DNA of 64,000 nt from positions 124,001-188,000 of the forward strand of contig QPMI01000530.1 in NCBI GenBank assembly GCA_004431415.1. Reading direction: 5' to 3'. This DNA is from Cyanophora paradoxa CCMP329. Taxonomy: Eukaryota > Plantae > Glaucophyta. A program made the translations under genes and the position numbers. Within the stretch, counting starts at the first letter, position 1. Each line of letters starts with the position of its first letter. Positions 12,857 through 23,987 of the stretch are shown here, piece after piece. The notes beneath the pieces are model-generated. The model made no database searches and was not told the DNA's origin. It worked only from the letters and a program-made list of their open reading frames with translations.

Positions 12857-14253
12857 CTGTTCTCTTTTTCTTCTTCTTCGAGATCCCGCTTAACGCGAGC
12901 TGTATAGAAAGCATAGACTAGTGTACGCCGCGAGGTTTTCGATTCATTTTCAAGCATGTGTATGTATGTGCTCGGGGGTTACGGGTATCTTGATATTCAA
13001 GGTATCCGCTGTCCGAGCTTTTTAGAGCGATTCGATAATGAAATCGTTCCTTTGTGTAGTAAGCAGCCGCTCTCCAGTTTTCTTAGAGCGATTCCATAAT
13101 AATGAGGTCGTTCCTATTAGTAGAATAAGCTTAAGGTATCAATCCCAGTTTTCGATAATAATCGGTGCTTCTCGTCCTGTCGCACCGAGACAGACCGAGC
13201 CATCGGCGGCAGTCAAGATCAACTCTGTCGGCGGCATCGGCTGCTTTTCCATTTCCAGTCTTCGCTACAGATTCAGTCTTGATCATCAGCTAGTCAGTGT
13301 CTTTCGCGTCTATCACACATACAAATGCAAGCATTCGTATTAAGTATAATTACATGTTTACAACGGATACGTATCATATGCATTGTACGACGTTATTTTC
13401 TTTCATGTCCAGGAAGCCTGCGTGCGCAGATCTCCAGTCGTGTCAGCTGATAAGTAGAGAGCAATTTTAGTTAGGCAGATGGTAGTGGAGTTACAGTGTG
13501 ATTCTACTGGCCTCCGCCTCAATATATTAATGATGAAGTAGCCTTCATGTGCACGCGGCGGCGAGAAAATTCAGAGCATGTGGCACACGTACGTTATAAT
13601 TACCAAATTAATATTGAAGTAAGAGTACTTGTGCTCGAGTTGCGGCCCAACTGATCTCGTACAATCAGTCAACACTGCCAAGCTAGGTTGCTTTGACTGG
13701 ATTACAATTTGCAAGTGCAGCGGCCTAGCTAGGCTAGCGCTCAATTTTACATGAAGGCACAGACGGAGCGGGAAGGCCCTTACGCTTGAGGGCGGCCTAA
13801 GGCCCTAAATCTACTCAACTGCAAGTAACAGGTCTTGAATCTTGATCAAGAGGAAAAGGAAATGGGACGCGGCCCCTATATTTAGCTAATAGTCGTCGGG
13901 GTACGGGTCCTCCTCCACCGCCACGAGGGAGGGCCCGAGCCGCCCGCGCCGCCCGCGCCGGCGGCTCGGGCACTGCGGCACCCAGCGGGCCCCCCCCCCC
14001 GTCGTCGTCCGGCTCGGCTCCAGCAGGGGTCGGGGAGGGGCCGGGCAGGACTCAGTGAGGTGCAGGCGCAGCGACGGCCGGGCGCGGGCGCGGGCGCGGG
14101 CGCGGGGTCGCCCTCCAGGACGGACACGCCCGCGCCGGCCACGAGCTCGAGCCCCGGCCGCGTGGTGGCGTCCAGGCGGCGCCTCGCGAGCGGGTAAAAT
14201 TCAAGCCTCGCGCCCCCGCCGCATCGCGCCAGCATGGCAGCGGCGGGCGCGCG

Positions 14254-14402
14254 ACACATAGGGATACCCCTGATCCAAGCCCTCCGGCCTTCGGCCTACA
14301 GGCTTGGATCAGGGGTATCCCTATGTGTGCGCGTTTCAGGTACTAGGGTAGTAAGCATTTATTTCAGGTCTTAGGGTATTAATCATGTCTTTTTGGCACC
14401 AG
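14254..14402 (+). repeat. Left TIR of outer element with terminal 28-bp hairpin (14254-14281 pairs with 14301-14328)
   Basis: acacatagggatacccctgatccaagcc...ggcttggatcaggggtatccctatgtgt; aligns to the reverse complement of 52597-52743. Confidence 0.95.
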
Positions 14403-14450
14403 TATGTTGGCCGCCTCTGGGGTATTGAACACATGAGTTTGGCATCAGCA

Positions 14451-14650
14451 GGGTGAATGGGGTGAACGGGTTGTTTGTATATTTTCTTAGGAAAAATGCC
14501 TTCTCACGGGAATTTATACAAACAACCCGTTCACCCCGTTCACCCCGTTCACCCCGTTCACCCAGTTCACCCCGTTCACCCTTACACCCTTTACACCCTT
14601 TACACCCTTTACACCCTTTACAATCTTAACAATCTTAACAATCCTTAACA
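14451..14650 (-). promoter_or_regulatory. Inverted 9-bp iteron/hairpin module, copy 1 (putative origin or 3'-end signal)
   Basis: ggggtgaac repeats and their complement gttcacccc flank an AT-rich core homologous to those at 22150 and 52507; followed by (ccctttaca)n. Confidence 0.6.
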
Positions 14651-14665
14651 ACCTTTACAGATGTC

Positions 14666-16035
14666 TCATCCTGCCCTCCTCCTTGATCTCGTGGAAATTG
14701 CTGGAGCTTCATAGGTCTCCTTTGAATTCGAGAAATCTCTATACCACCTTACTGCCTCTGCTCCCCCTGCTAATCTCTCTGTCCCTGCCACCCTCAATCT
14801 TTCCAACTCTCTCCCTTGTTTCTTCTTCTTCCCTGCTCTGTCCTCCAATAAAGGTTTATCCGGCACATTTGGAGCCCTCTCAATCCCCTCTCTGGCCAAC
14901 AGTCGCTCTGTTCTGGCCTCTTTCTTTGCCTCTTCAATGACATTTATTGATGGGGCTTCCAGAAACTCCACGGCTTCCACTTTCTGTAATTCGTAGTGGG
15001 CATAAAGTCGATCAATCATTTTTCCGGCAATGTCCCTCAATCTAAACTTGAACCCCTCCACTCCTTCTATTGTAAATATTTCGCGGCTCCAATTATTGCC
15101 CTGCTTGGCGAATGGACCCTTCTCTATTTTAGTTCTCACGTGGGTTCCCGCTGGATAGTCCTTTAGATATTCAATTGACTTCATGAATTTCTCGTTTTCT
15201 TTTGCGAGTATGAGGGGAACATGTACCTCTGTGGTCTCTGCTGGTTTCATCCCTGTTGCTGAGTGGATGGTATTATTGTAGTTGTAGGCAAAATCTTGGA
15301 GCTTGTCGAAAAACTTTACAGTATTATTCGCTATACAATACGAGTTAATTAGCTTCTTTATTGTGCGATTAAAGGCCTCTATTCGGCCTTGGCTATTGTG
15401 ATCTCCAACCTGCGAAACTTGGTGCTCAATCATCTGGGTTTCTAAATGGTCTTTAAATACCTTGTTCAGGAATTCGCTCCCAGCATCACTTTGTATCTTC
15501 ACAATTGGACGAGGGACTTGTTGCTCAAGCTCCTTAAACGCGTTCAATGTGCTTTCTGCTGTCTTTCCCCTCATTGGAATAATAAAGCCCAGTCTGGTGG
15601 TGTTTTCTACAGCTGTGAGGAACGTGTTGTAGCCTTGATTCTGTTTGCTGTATGAGGGAAAGAAGACTAAATCAATAGCGAATGTATCGAGTGGCTGTCT
15701 TATGGGGATATAGGCAGTCTTCTTGGCTGATGGGAGGGGTTTATTTATTTGGTTGATTTCTTGGGCATCATAGAATCTACGGATTGTCTTTCTTGGCACA
15801 TCTGGAAGCTCTTTGGCCAATGAAGCAAGGCCTTTAAATCCTACCTTGGTGTCATAGAATGTCCTTGCTAAGGATCCAAGTGGGGCACAGCAATTGCTGT
15901 TGGGATGTCTGCTGGAACTAATGCTTTGAGGTCACTCTTTTTCTGTATGCGCCCCCCTCTCTCTTCTTGAGGGATTGGGATAGGGAGTACACTCACATCA
16001 TATTCTGTTTGTCTGCGTACGATCTTTGATGACAT
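14666..16035 (-). CDS. Retroviral-type (rve/DDE) integrase of outer element; N-terminus frameshifted
   Basis: FAIDLVFF...IQSDAGSEF...GRIEAFNRT (DDE), YNNTIHSATGMKP, and Polinton-type C-terminus VRTKIEKGPFAK..NWSREIF...ELQKV. In-frame upstream FYDTKVGFKG; probable ATG at 16035 requires a frameshift near 15880-15960. Confidence 0.92.
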
Positions 16036-16046
16036 CTATATTGAGA

Positions 16047-19000
16047 TTAGAAAGCAATCTTTGACATCTTCACATTGAAGGTCTCATTTTCAAGCTTCTT
16101 TTGGACAGTCATTTCGATTTGCTTGGGTTTTTGGTGGAGCACATGGTCTTTATAATCTTGGAAAGACAGATCTGTTTGAATGGTCTCCTTACAAACACCA
16201 GCCAGCTTTTTGATTTCCTCATCATCTGTTTTAATGCTGTAGCATTTCGGCCTCACACCAGCATATTCTGTAATGGTTCTGCCCTCAAACTCATTTTTGA
16301 ACTTCCCAAGCTCTGTGGGTGTGTGTCAATGTCTTGTAGATCCTGTTGGATGGTTGTGGAATTTATTGAAAGGCAGAAAGAATCCGTATCAGTAAATAGT
16401 AGCTTACAGTCTGGCCACTTGCGCTTGATGGTGCTATAATAATAATCAAATAGGCGTAGCTTGGCAAGATCTAAAACAACTGCCCCAATTGCTATGGGCT
16501 TGTCCAGCTTGACGTCTTTCTGTAGCATTTCGAAGGCTACTGCTGAATCACTAAGCCTGGTTTCGGCTTTGAGAAGTGGGGATCTGGCATATTTCATAAA
16601 TTGCTTTTCGTTGGTGGCAATCTTGACATTCGACCTTCCCCTCACTTTCTCAATGGTTTTGCCGAATAGGCTGTTGTTCATGATCTTAAAGAAGTCCTTT
16701 TCGGGTTTGGAGGCGGCTTCTCTGCGGTTTTGGGCATTGGATTCGACGTAGGGCTTCATAAAGGCAGCCTGAGTAAATGTTAGCACCCTGTGGATTTTAG
16801 TGAGCTTCAGGCCTTGAGCTACCATAAACTGGAGCAATGGCTTGGATACTACGTAGTTGGATATGTCTTGGCAGGCTGCTTGTAGCCCATCTCCAGTTCT
16901 CTTGATGACAAGGGGCAGCTCTTTGTGGAGTTCATGGAGGTGCTGGGGATAATGGATGTCAACTTCTAAGATGGCCCCCTCTGCTGATGACAGGTCGTAA
17001 TTTGAGGGTTCTGGGTGCCATTGGAAATTCGAGAGGGGTAGCTTTTGGGACAGGGCATATCCATATAGGTTATTGGCGTCCAAATAGATAATGTGGCTGT
17101 CATTTTCAGCTCTGGCGTATTTATGGTTCATAATCGAAAGGCCTCCCCTAATCATGCCTTCAATCATGTTGTACATATCAAGGTTGGAAAGAAGCTCGAT
17201 TTTAGGCTTGGTGATCGATAGCATGCTGTCCCATGAAAGCCCAGGACTTGAGACATAGTGGGCAGCATCCATTCCAAAGGTCTTGTGGGATTTCTGGCGA
17301 AATAGCTGGAACTTTTCCATTAATCCTTCCACGTTCTGGACACCATAATCAATAAAGTTTTTGATGTCAATGAACTTAAAGCACCCCCATGTGATCGACA
17401 TGTAGTTGTCAAATGATTTCGCAAGAACATCCACCCTTTTTTCGGGATTTAAGGCAACTGCTTTGAATATCTGCGTTCCAGATAGGGACAGATCATTGGT
17501 CACTATGGGAATCTTGGTGAGATTGCTGGTGCGTCTGTGAAGATTACATTTGCGACAAGCAGTTCCCACAAAATCACCTGTTTGATGGTCGTGATCCCTC
17601 ACTTTATAATTGTCTTGGGTAAATTCGCCTTGGCAGATGTAGCAGGTTTTAGCAAGGTAATGGGTACGTTTCTGCTCTTTGGTCAGTGACATTGGGACGT
17701 TGGTAAATAGGGCTTTAAATAGCTCTGGGGCTGCTTTGTCGAGTGTAGATAAAAGCTCGTAGATGCTGGAGTGGGTTTTAGTGAGTACTATTCTATTATT
17801 ATGAAGAGCTGTCAGTGAGATTGATTTGATCTTGAACATACCAGAAATATCTGTTTCATAATCGAAATAGCAATAGGCAATCACGGGGAGGAATACAGTC
17901 TTTGAGAGATGTTTAAGACCAAATTCAATGAATGTGGGTTGTTTTGGGGTCTCTCCAGCACTTGTCTTCCAATCCACACAACGTTTGCTTTGAATGTGGG
18001 ATTGAAGCTTCTCCTCAGTCTTGAAGTGGTTGGAACAGGTTTTACAGAAATGGAGTCGCTGCTTATCATTTTTAGCTAAGACTCTGGACATGCTGAATAT
18101 TGTGGTATAGTGACTGTTACCATTTTCGTCTGTAATTAGCAGCAGATCCACTTGGTGTTTCCTGTTCCTTGAGGAGCTGTTGTGGAGTAGATTAATTTCT
18201 TCTGTAGAGTTAGAGGGGTCGTAAATATTAACAGAGATTGCTGGATTGAGATTTTCAAAGAGATCAATAGTATCAGCATCTGCCTTTACAGGAAACTCAA
18301 TGCCCTCGAAATTTAGTTCTTTTTTGAACCACCTCCTGTATTGGGAAGTCTCATTACGCTTGTGGCTATTTACTTCGTCCTTGTGAATATAAGAAAGGAT
18401 AGCATACTCAAAGCATCTATTGTCCTTGTTGTTGACATTGACAATGGCTCGTTTATTTTTGAGCCACTCTGGGAGTGGGATAAAAGCACCTCCTGAGATT
18501 GGCTTAAAGGAGAGAACAATGACCCTGAGGGCTTGGATGCTATCTAATCTGTAGCTATCTGTGACATTAATTTGCGACTGGCATTCCTTGGCAAGTTTAG
18601 CTGTCTCTTTTGTGAGGATTCGAGATCTTGTCATGATAGCATAGGTGCTGTAAATGTGCTTGGTAATAAAATCTCTCGAATTATTGGCCTTAGAAAAGCG
18701 ACAGACAAATGTAAAGCGAGTTTTAATCGACATTTGTGAATTGATGGCATCTTGGAGCCTTGTGTGGAGTTCCTCAGAGTAGGTGTCTATAAACTCTTGA
18801 GTGGTCAGGATCTGGTGCTGAGCTCTGATTGTGAAATCGATGTATTTATTGTTCAGAGCGCGATGTTCATTAATTAGAGCTGTGTAGTCTTCACCTCTAA
18901 CCTGTGTGGTCGTGGTCTGTTCGACTTGAATGTGGCCAAGGCGATCAGTCTCATCAAGGGCGTCGATTTTCCCTAATAGCTCTCGATTGAGAGCTTGAAG

Positions 19001-19141
19001 CCCCTTGAGCTTTTTGTTGGTTTGCCCTATGTATGATTCATATTCACTTTCACTGATCGAGTGGTTGGCCAGTAGGAACGCCAGATTCCCAAGAATCTTG
19101 TCCTGAAGCTCCTTAATTTGGTAGTGGCTGGGGCGGGGCAT
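16047..19141 (-). CDS. polB: Protein-primed family B DNA polymerase (Polinton type); frameshift near 16290
   Basis: YLDANNLYGYALSQKLP, KIMNNSLFGKT, LFTDTDSF, then RPKCYS...KKLAGV in ORF 16047-16256. N-terminal NNKDNRCFEYA, C2H2 finger and endonuclease-VII-like CYIC..VRDHDH.TG...AC..CN. Confidence 0.93.
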
Positions 19142-19284
19142 GGTTGGGGGGTTGTACTTATATATAGGTACGAAAATAATCTTTAAATGTTTATATTGTG
19201 GACAATTCGCAGCGCTAAAAAACGAATAGAATCAGCATTTAAAGAATAAAATCTTACCTATAGTGTAGAGGAACAAGAATTAAA

Positions 19285-19476
19285 ATGGCATACCATGCGG
19301 CATCTCAAATTGCCTATGTAACCAGACGGCGTGCTGGAGATCCTGCTTTCCGCGAGAGAATGAAGCTTAATAGTCTGAGGAGCAGATACTACAAAGGTGA
19401 TCCCCTTCCCTGTGTGAGGTACCTCTTTGATGAAAGGAGGTGCCTTGTTGGCAGACCAAGGACAGTGGTGTACTGA
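19285..19476 (+). CDS. Small basic protein (putative DNA-binding, GRPR motif)
   Basis: 63 aa, Arg-rich, AT-rich upstream region; similar to 24413-24643 and 38227-38484. Confidence 0.6.
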   Translation: MAYHAASQIAYVTRRRAGDPAFRERMKLNSLRSRYYKGDPLPCVRYLFDERRCLVGRPRTVVY

Positions 19477-19488
19477 GTGGGGGTCGCC

Positions 19489-19497
19489 AAAAATTGA
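19489..19497 (+). promoter_or_regulatory. AAAAATTGA, Mimiviridae-type early promoter motif upstream of the primase-helicase
   Basis: Intergenic, sense orientation, ~85 nt before ATG 19582. Confidence 0.5.
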
Positions 19498-19581
19498 TTG
19501 TTTTATTTAATGATTCTATAAACTACTTAAGGACAAGGGCGCTTATAGAATCATCAAATTATTTTCTCATCCTATTGTAAA

Positions 19582-22056
19582 ATGACATCCACTGGCACCT
19601 TCCTAACAAGCATTATTAGCAGCCGTGAGGCCAGCACTGTGACCATGAGAGTCACTGAGGCACTCAAATTGATTGCCTCAGGCAACAGGCACATGGCTGA
19701 GTACTTGAGTGGCCATAAATTCACCAAGCTCTACATTGATTTCGAACAGGTCCTGCCTGTTGATGAGGTTGATGATGAGGGACTTGAGCTTATCAACTCC
19801 AAGGCTGAAAAGCTGGCCAAGGCACTTGGTGTCCACATCAGCACCATTGCCATCTCCACCAGATCAAGATTGCTGATCAAAAAAGACACACAGGATCCAT
19901 GCTACAAAGTGAGTGCCCACATGGTATGTACCACCCTTCATGGCATCTACAGGGACTTCCCTGCTATCCTCCAGAAGGTTGGATTAAAGGCAGATGTTGA
20001 CTATGATCCATCTGTTTACAACAACAATAGGGCGCTTGTGTGCCTTGGTTGCTGTAAAGAGAAGGCTCTTGCTGACAAGAGCAGCACCTATGAGGAACCT
20101 TGCTGGGACACTGTGTTCACCAAGCTAACATCCCATGAGGACACTGATTTCTTTGTCCAGCTTCTCACTGGCAAGGAGGCCCTGCTCACTCTTCCAGAGA
20201 AGGAGGAGCCTGCCCAGCAGCTGCCCAAAAATAATGATTATTCCAGCGAAATCATCACCACTGAAGAGCTGGAAAAGCTTGTGATGGGGCTTAGTGAAAA
20301 CCGAGCTGATGGCTATGCTGACTGGGTTAATGTTGGTTTGGCCCTGACAAGCACTATGAAAGACAAGAAAATGCCTGAAGACAAACTACTGGCAATCTGG
20401 CACAAATTCAGCCAAAAAAGTAGCAAATATAGTGCTGAGGCATGTGACAAGGCTTGGCAGAGCTTCCAGAAGGGCAGCTCATCCAAGCCTCTGACATATG
20501 CTTCTCTGGTCTTCTGGCTCAAAGCTGATAATCTGGATCTATTTATTCAGCTGTTTGCCAACAAGGGAGACCTCAAGCAGGCCATTAAAAATGCCATTGC
20601 TTCTAATGGAGGTCATTACAATGTGGCTGAAGTTTTGTATCATACACAGAATGACCAATTTCGCTATGATGCCAAGCAGAAGGATGTTTGGTATGTGAGA
20701 GATAAGGTAACTGGGCTCTGGAGGGCTGAAAGGGAGCCGCATACATTGCGTAAAGTGCTTTCTACTGATGTCATGAAGGTCTTCATGAAAGAAGCCATGG
20801 AGAACTCTCGAGCAGCTGTTGCTAATCCAGAGGACAGCACAAAGTATGAGGAGAATGCCAAGAAATGCCTTGAGATTGCCAGACAGCTCCTTAAATGTGG
20901 TTTTAAAGATTCAATTATTAAAGAGGCGAAAGCTCTCTTTGCTGACACTGAAATAGCTGACAAAATGGATGAGTGTAAGGAGCTGATTGGGTTCAGCAAT
21001 GGAGTTTATGACCTCCAAAACAAAGTATTTCGCACTGCCAAAACTACTGAGTATGTCAGCAAGACAGTGGGCTATCCATATGCTCCTATGATTAATAGGG
21101 ATGTAATGGAAGAGGTGAAGAAGATTGTGTATGAGCCATTTGAAGATAAAGAGACCGGAAATTTTGTCCTTAGGACATTGGCATCAGCTTTGTCTGGAAA
21201 AGGAAACAAAGACCAGCGCTTCCACATATGGACAGGCACAGGTTCCAATGGTAAATCCACTGTTCAGGAGCTGGCACTAAGGGCACTTGGTGATTATGCC
21301 CAGCCCCTTGACAGCTCTTATTGGGTCAGTGGCAAACCCAGGTCTGGAGCCCCTGTTCCTGAGCTGGCTGATAAAAAGGGTGTGAGGGTCATCTTCTCCA
21401 ATGAGCCAGAGGCCACTGACAAGCTTCAAGTGGGCAAAATCAAAGAGATCACTGGAGGTGAGAAAATAGCAGCTCGTTTACTACATGCTAACCTTATCAC
21501 ATTTACACCCCAATTCATTCCTTTCCTGCTTACAAATGACATTCCTAAGCTATCTAAGGTTGATGGTGGAATTCAAAGGAGGGCACATGTCACACCCTTC
21601 CAATTTCAATTCAAGGAAAACCCAATTCAAGGCCAGAAGAAGGCAGACCCTGGATTGATGGGCAGGATTAGGGATGATGAGAGATATCATCAGGCTTTCA
21701 TTTGGCTTCTTATTGACATATACACTACAGAGGTTGGTTCTATGGGTTTCATCCCAGTGCCTGAATCTGTGAGGGAGGCCAGCAAGGAATATATTACTGA
21801 GAATAACCCAGTGCTGACATGGCTCCAGGCAAACTTTGAAATCACCCTCAGCAGCAGTGACGTCATCAAAGCAGCTGATCTATTCAAAGAGTATTCCAGA
21901 GTGGATAAAGAAATGAGCCAAACAGCCTTTGGAACATCTATGACTGTGATCAATGGGATTCCTAAGAAGGTTGTAAGGCTGGGAAAGAGTACACCTATGT
22001 GCTACATTGGATTGAAGAGCAAGATTGCTATTGAGAGTGATAGTGACATGGAATAA
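19582..22056 (+). CDS. AEP primase / PriCT-2 / D5-like SF3 helicase
   Basis: LYIDFE, SAHMV, DPSVYNNNR (AEP-like); RADGYADWVNVGLAL..WHKFSQKSSKY (PriCT-2); IGFSNGVYDL (D5_N); Walker A GTGSNGKST; IKEITGGEKIAAR; intact 824 aa. Confidence 0.93.
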   Translation: MTSTGTFLTSIISSREASTVTMRVTEALKLIASGNRHMAEYLSGHKFTKLYIDFEQVLPVDEVDDEGLELINSKAEKLAKALGVHISTIAISTRSRLLIKKDTQDPCYKVSAHMVCTTLHGIYRDFPAILQKVGLKADVDYDPSVYNNNRALVCLGCCKEKALADKSSTYEEPCWDTVFTKLTSHEDTDFFVQLLTGKEALLTLPEKEEPAQQLPKNNDYSSEIITTEELEKLVMGLSENRADGYADWVNVGLALTSTMKDKKMPEDKLLAIWHKFSQKSSKYSAEACDKAWQSFQKGSSSKPLTYASLVFWLKADNLDLFIQLFANKGDLKQAIKNAIASNGGHYNVAEVLYHTQNDQFRYDAKQKDVWYVRDKVTGLWRAEREPHTLRKVLSTDVMKVFMKEAMENSRAAVANPEDSTKYEENAKKCLEIARQLLKCGFKDSIIKEAKALFADTEIADKMDECKELIGFSNGVYDLQNKVFRTAKTTEYVSKTVGYPYAPMINRDVMEEVKKIVYEPFEDKETGNFVLRTLASALSGKGNKDQRFHIWTGTGSNGKSTVQELALRALGDYAQPLDSSYWVSGKPRSGAPVPELADKKGVRVIFSNEPEATDKLQVGKIKEITGGEKIAARLLHANLITFTPQFIPFLLTNDIPKLSKVDGGIQRRAHVTPFQFQFKENPIQGQKKADPGLMGRIRDDERYHQAFIWLLIDIYTTEVGSMGFIPVPESVREASKEYITENNPVLTWLQANFEITLSSSDVIKAADLFKEYSRVDKEMSQTAFGTSMTVINGIPKKVVRLGKSTPMCYIGLKSKIAIESDSDME

Positions 22057-22090
22057 AGTTGAATAAAACCTTTTCTGATTTTTTGTTGAT

Positions 22091-22245
22091 AGTGTTGAGG
22101 GTTGTTGAGGGTTGTTGAGGGTTGTTGAGGGTTGTTGAGGGTGTTGAGGGTTATATGTAAAATTTCCCGCGAGAGATGATTTCCTTAGAAAAGTTTACAA
22201 ACAACCCTCAACACCCTCAACACCCTCAACAACCCTCAACACCCC
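22091..22245 (+). promoter_or_regulatory. Inverted iteron/hairpin module, copy 2, directly after the helicase
   Basis: (gttgttgagg)n - gggttatatgtaaaatttcccgcgagag...ttagaaaagtttacaaacaaccc - (accctcaac)n. Confidence 0.65.
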
Positions 22246-22294
22246 CTCTCGCCCCCTCTCGCCCCCTCCCACCCTTCATTGGGGCTGGGGTCCC

Positions 22295-22304
22295 AAAAAA
22301 TTGA
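22295..22304 (+). promoter_or_regulatory. AAAAAATTGA early-promoter-like motif
   Basis: Intergenic, ~55 nt before ATG 22359. Confidence 0.45.
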
Positions 22305-22358
22305 TTCTTGACACCCCCAACCCCCCAAACAGTCTTACATAAGCCCACCAGTACCACC

Positions 22359-22595
22359 ATGGACTCAGATAGCAGCTATGATGACATCCCCCTTGAGGAC
22401 ATGGTTGAACTGTGGGAGGCAGTCAGGCAGCAGTACTATGATGAATATAGGAAGGCACCCCAAGACATCAACCCCCAGACCTGTAAAGAATTGCGCAGAT
22501 TGATGGAGGCATATGAGAACATCATATGTGATAACTATGGCATGGAGGGGTATGCCCTACTCCACAAAGCAAATTTTAGCTGGAGAAAGTCATGA
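22359..22595 (+). CDS. Hypothetical acidic protein
   Basis: MDSDSSYDDIPLEDMVELW..., ATG in a ccaccATGg context downstream of AAAATTGA. Confidence 0.55.
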   Translation: MDSDSSYDDIPLEDMVELWEAVRQQYYDEYRKAPQDINPQTCKELRRLMEAYENIICDNYGMEGYALLHKANFSWRKS

Positions 22596-22766
22596 AAATT
22601 GTAAGTACCCCATCTTAAAATCACCGATTCATCCCGCGTGCCTATCACCGTTGGATTCCTCGTAAAAAGTAGATATTTATAGACCCCAACATCATAGCCT
22701 TACGATGATCTGGTGACGAGCTACGAATATTTTCAGGTTCGCATATACCATATATATGCCATTATG

Positions 22767-23415
22767 ATATATGTATATGATATATCATAATGTCACATGA
22801 CATATATATATAACATAGCTTTCCGGACTCGCCGCGTCATGGCGATCACGGCGCTGTAGTTAGTGCGAAAACGTGTTTTTTTTTATATATATCATATACA
22901 TATGTACGTTCGCGCGTACTGAGCCACGGTACGCACAGGGGCCTGCGTACTGCGCTACGGTACGCACAGGGGCCTGCGTACTGCGCTACGGTACGCACAG
23001 TGGCCTGCGTACTGCGCTACGGTACGCACAGTGGCCTGCGTACTGCGCTACGGTACGCACAGTGGCCTGCGTACTGCGCTACGGTACGCACAGTGGCTTG
23101 CGTACTGGGCTACGGTACGCACAGTGGCCTGCGTACCAGCTAAAGTACGCACATTAAATCTTATAAGACCATATAAGATTTTGAAAAAGAATTCTTATAA
23201 AGACCATATAAGATATAAGACAACTCTTATAAGACCTTATATGACTTAAATTTGAGCGACTTGTATATACCATAGTTATATATGTATATGATATATCATA
23301 ATGTCACATGACATATATATATAACATAGCTTTCCGGACTCGCCGCGTCATGGCGATCACGGCGCTGTAGTTTTTACCAAAACTTGGTTTTTTTCATATA
23401 TATCATATACATATA
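22767..23415. repeat. ~95-bp direct repeats (22767-22861, 23278-23372) bracketing a 31-bp x~7 palindromic tandem array (22916-23152)
   Basis: Unit ggtacgcacagtggcctgcgtactgcgctac at 31-nt period, with internal inverted repeat gtacgca/tgcgtac. Confidence 0.9.
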
Positions 23416-23621
23416 TATGAGCCAGCCTACCGCAGTGGTAGGCGAGCCCGTGTGTCTACCGCAGACCGGTAGGCACAGTCCGCCGGCGGTAGAACAGTAG
23501 GGCCCTGCCTACTCGCCTACCGGTAGAGCCCTCGCGCCTACCGTACAGCAGTAGGCGGCTTTTTCCTTATAGAGCTCTATAAGAATGTTTCTAAAACTTT
23601 CAATTAGAGCCACTTAAGGAA

Positions 23622-23705
23622 CTTCAAACGCGAATATCTCGGCACCAGATTGGCCGTTTTGAGCGCTCTTTTTTTTCCTGTGAAGCTCTCATCAAGCTCT
23701 ACGCA
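23622..23705 (+). promoter_or_regulatory. Conserved 84-nt non-coding box shared with the inner element (33913-33996)
   Basis: Gapless alignment cttcaaacgc...tatctc..caccagatt.....tgtgaagc.ct..tcaagctctacgca. Confidence 0.7.
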
Positions 23706-23750
23706 GAAATGCCCCTTTCGCATTTTTATGCTGCCTAAAAGTAGATTATT

Positions 23751-23987
23751 ATGACAACTCCCATCCATACTCGCCTTGTAGAAATATCCTTTGAGCTCTC
23801 ACATCTGGCGCTGACGTCTCCAAGCCCTGAATTGAGTGACTCCATACATCGCGTCTCTATAGAACTGTACAACCTTGGTCATCGAATAGCCCCCCTGTCT
23901 CCACATATCAAAGCAGCTTTACAAAAAATATCAAACGACCTTCTCATGCTTGGAAACGAGATTAATACCTTCCCTGATGGCCAGTGA
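23751..23987 (+). CDS. Hypothetical small helical-repeat protein
   Basis: 78 aa with recurring I..IS.EL..L pattern. Confidence 0.5.
   Translation: MTTPIHTRLVEISFELSHLALTSPSPELSDSIHRVSIELYNLGHRIAPLSPHIKAALQKISNDLLMLGNEINTFPDGQ

Noticed and set aside
29-12957. Dozens of Pro/Arg/Gly-rich ORFs in the GC-rich host region (also 52750-64000)
   Set aside because: Shadow ORFs of GC-rich intronic DNA; the real coding signal is the spliced kinase
14335-14385. TTAGGG/CTAGGG in the outer TIR as telomeric repeats
   Set aside because: Isolated motifs within two ~29-bp subrepeats, not a tandem telomere array
22916-23152. CRISPR-like array of palindromic 31-bp repeats
   Set aside because: Units are head-to-tail with no unique spacers, and there are no cas genes
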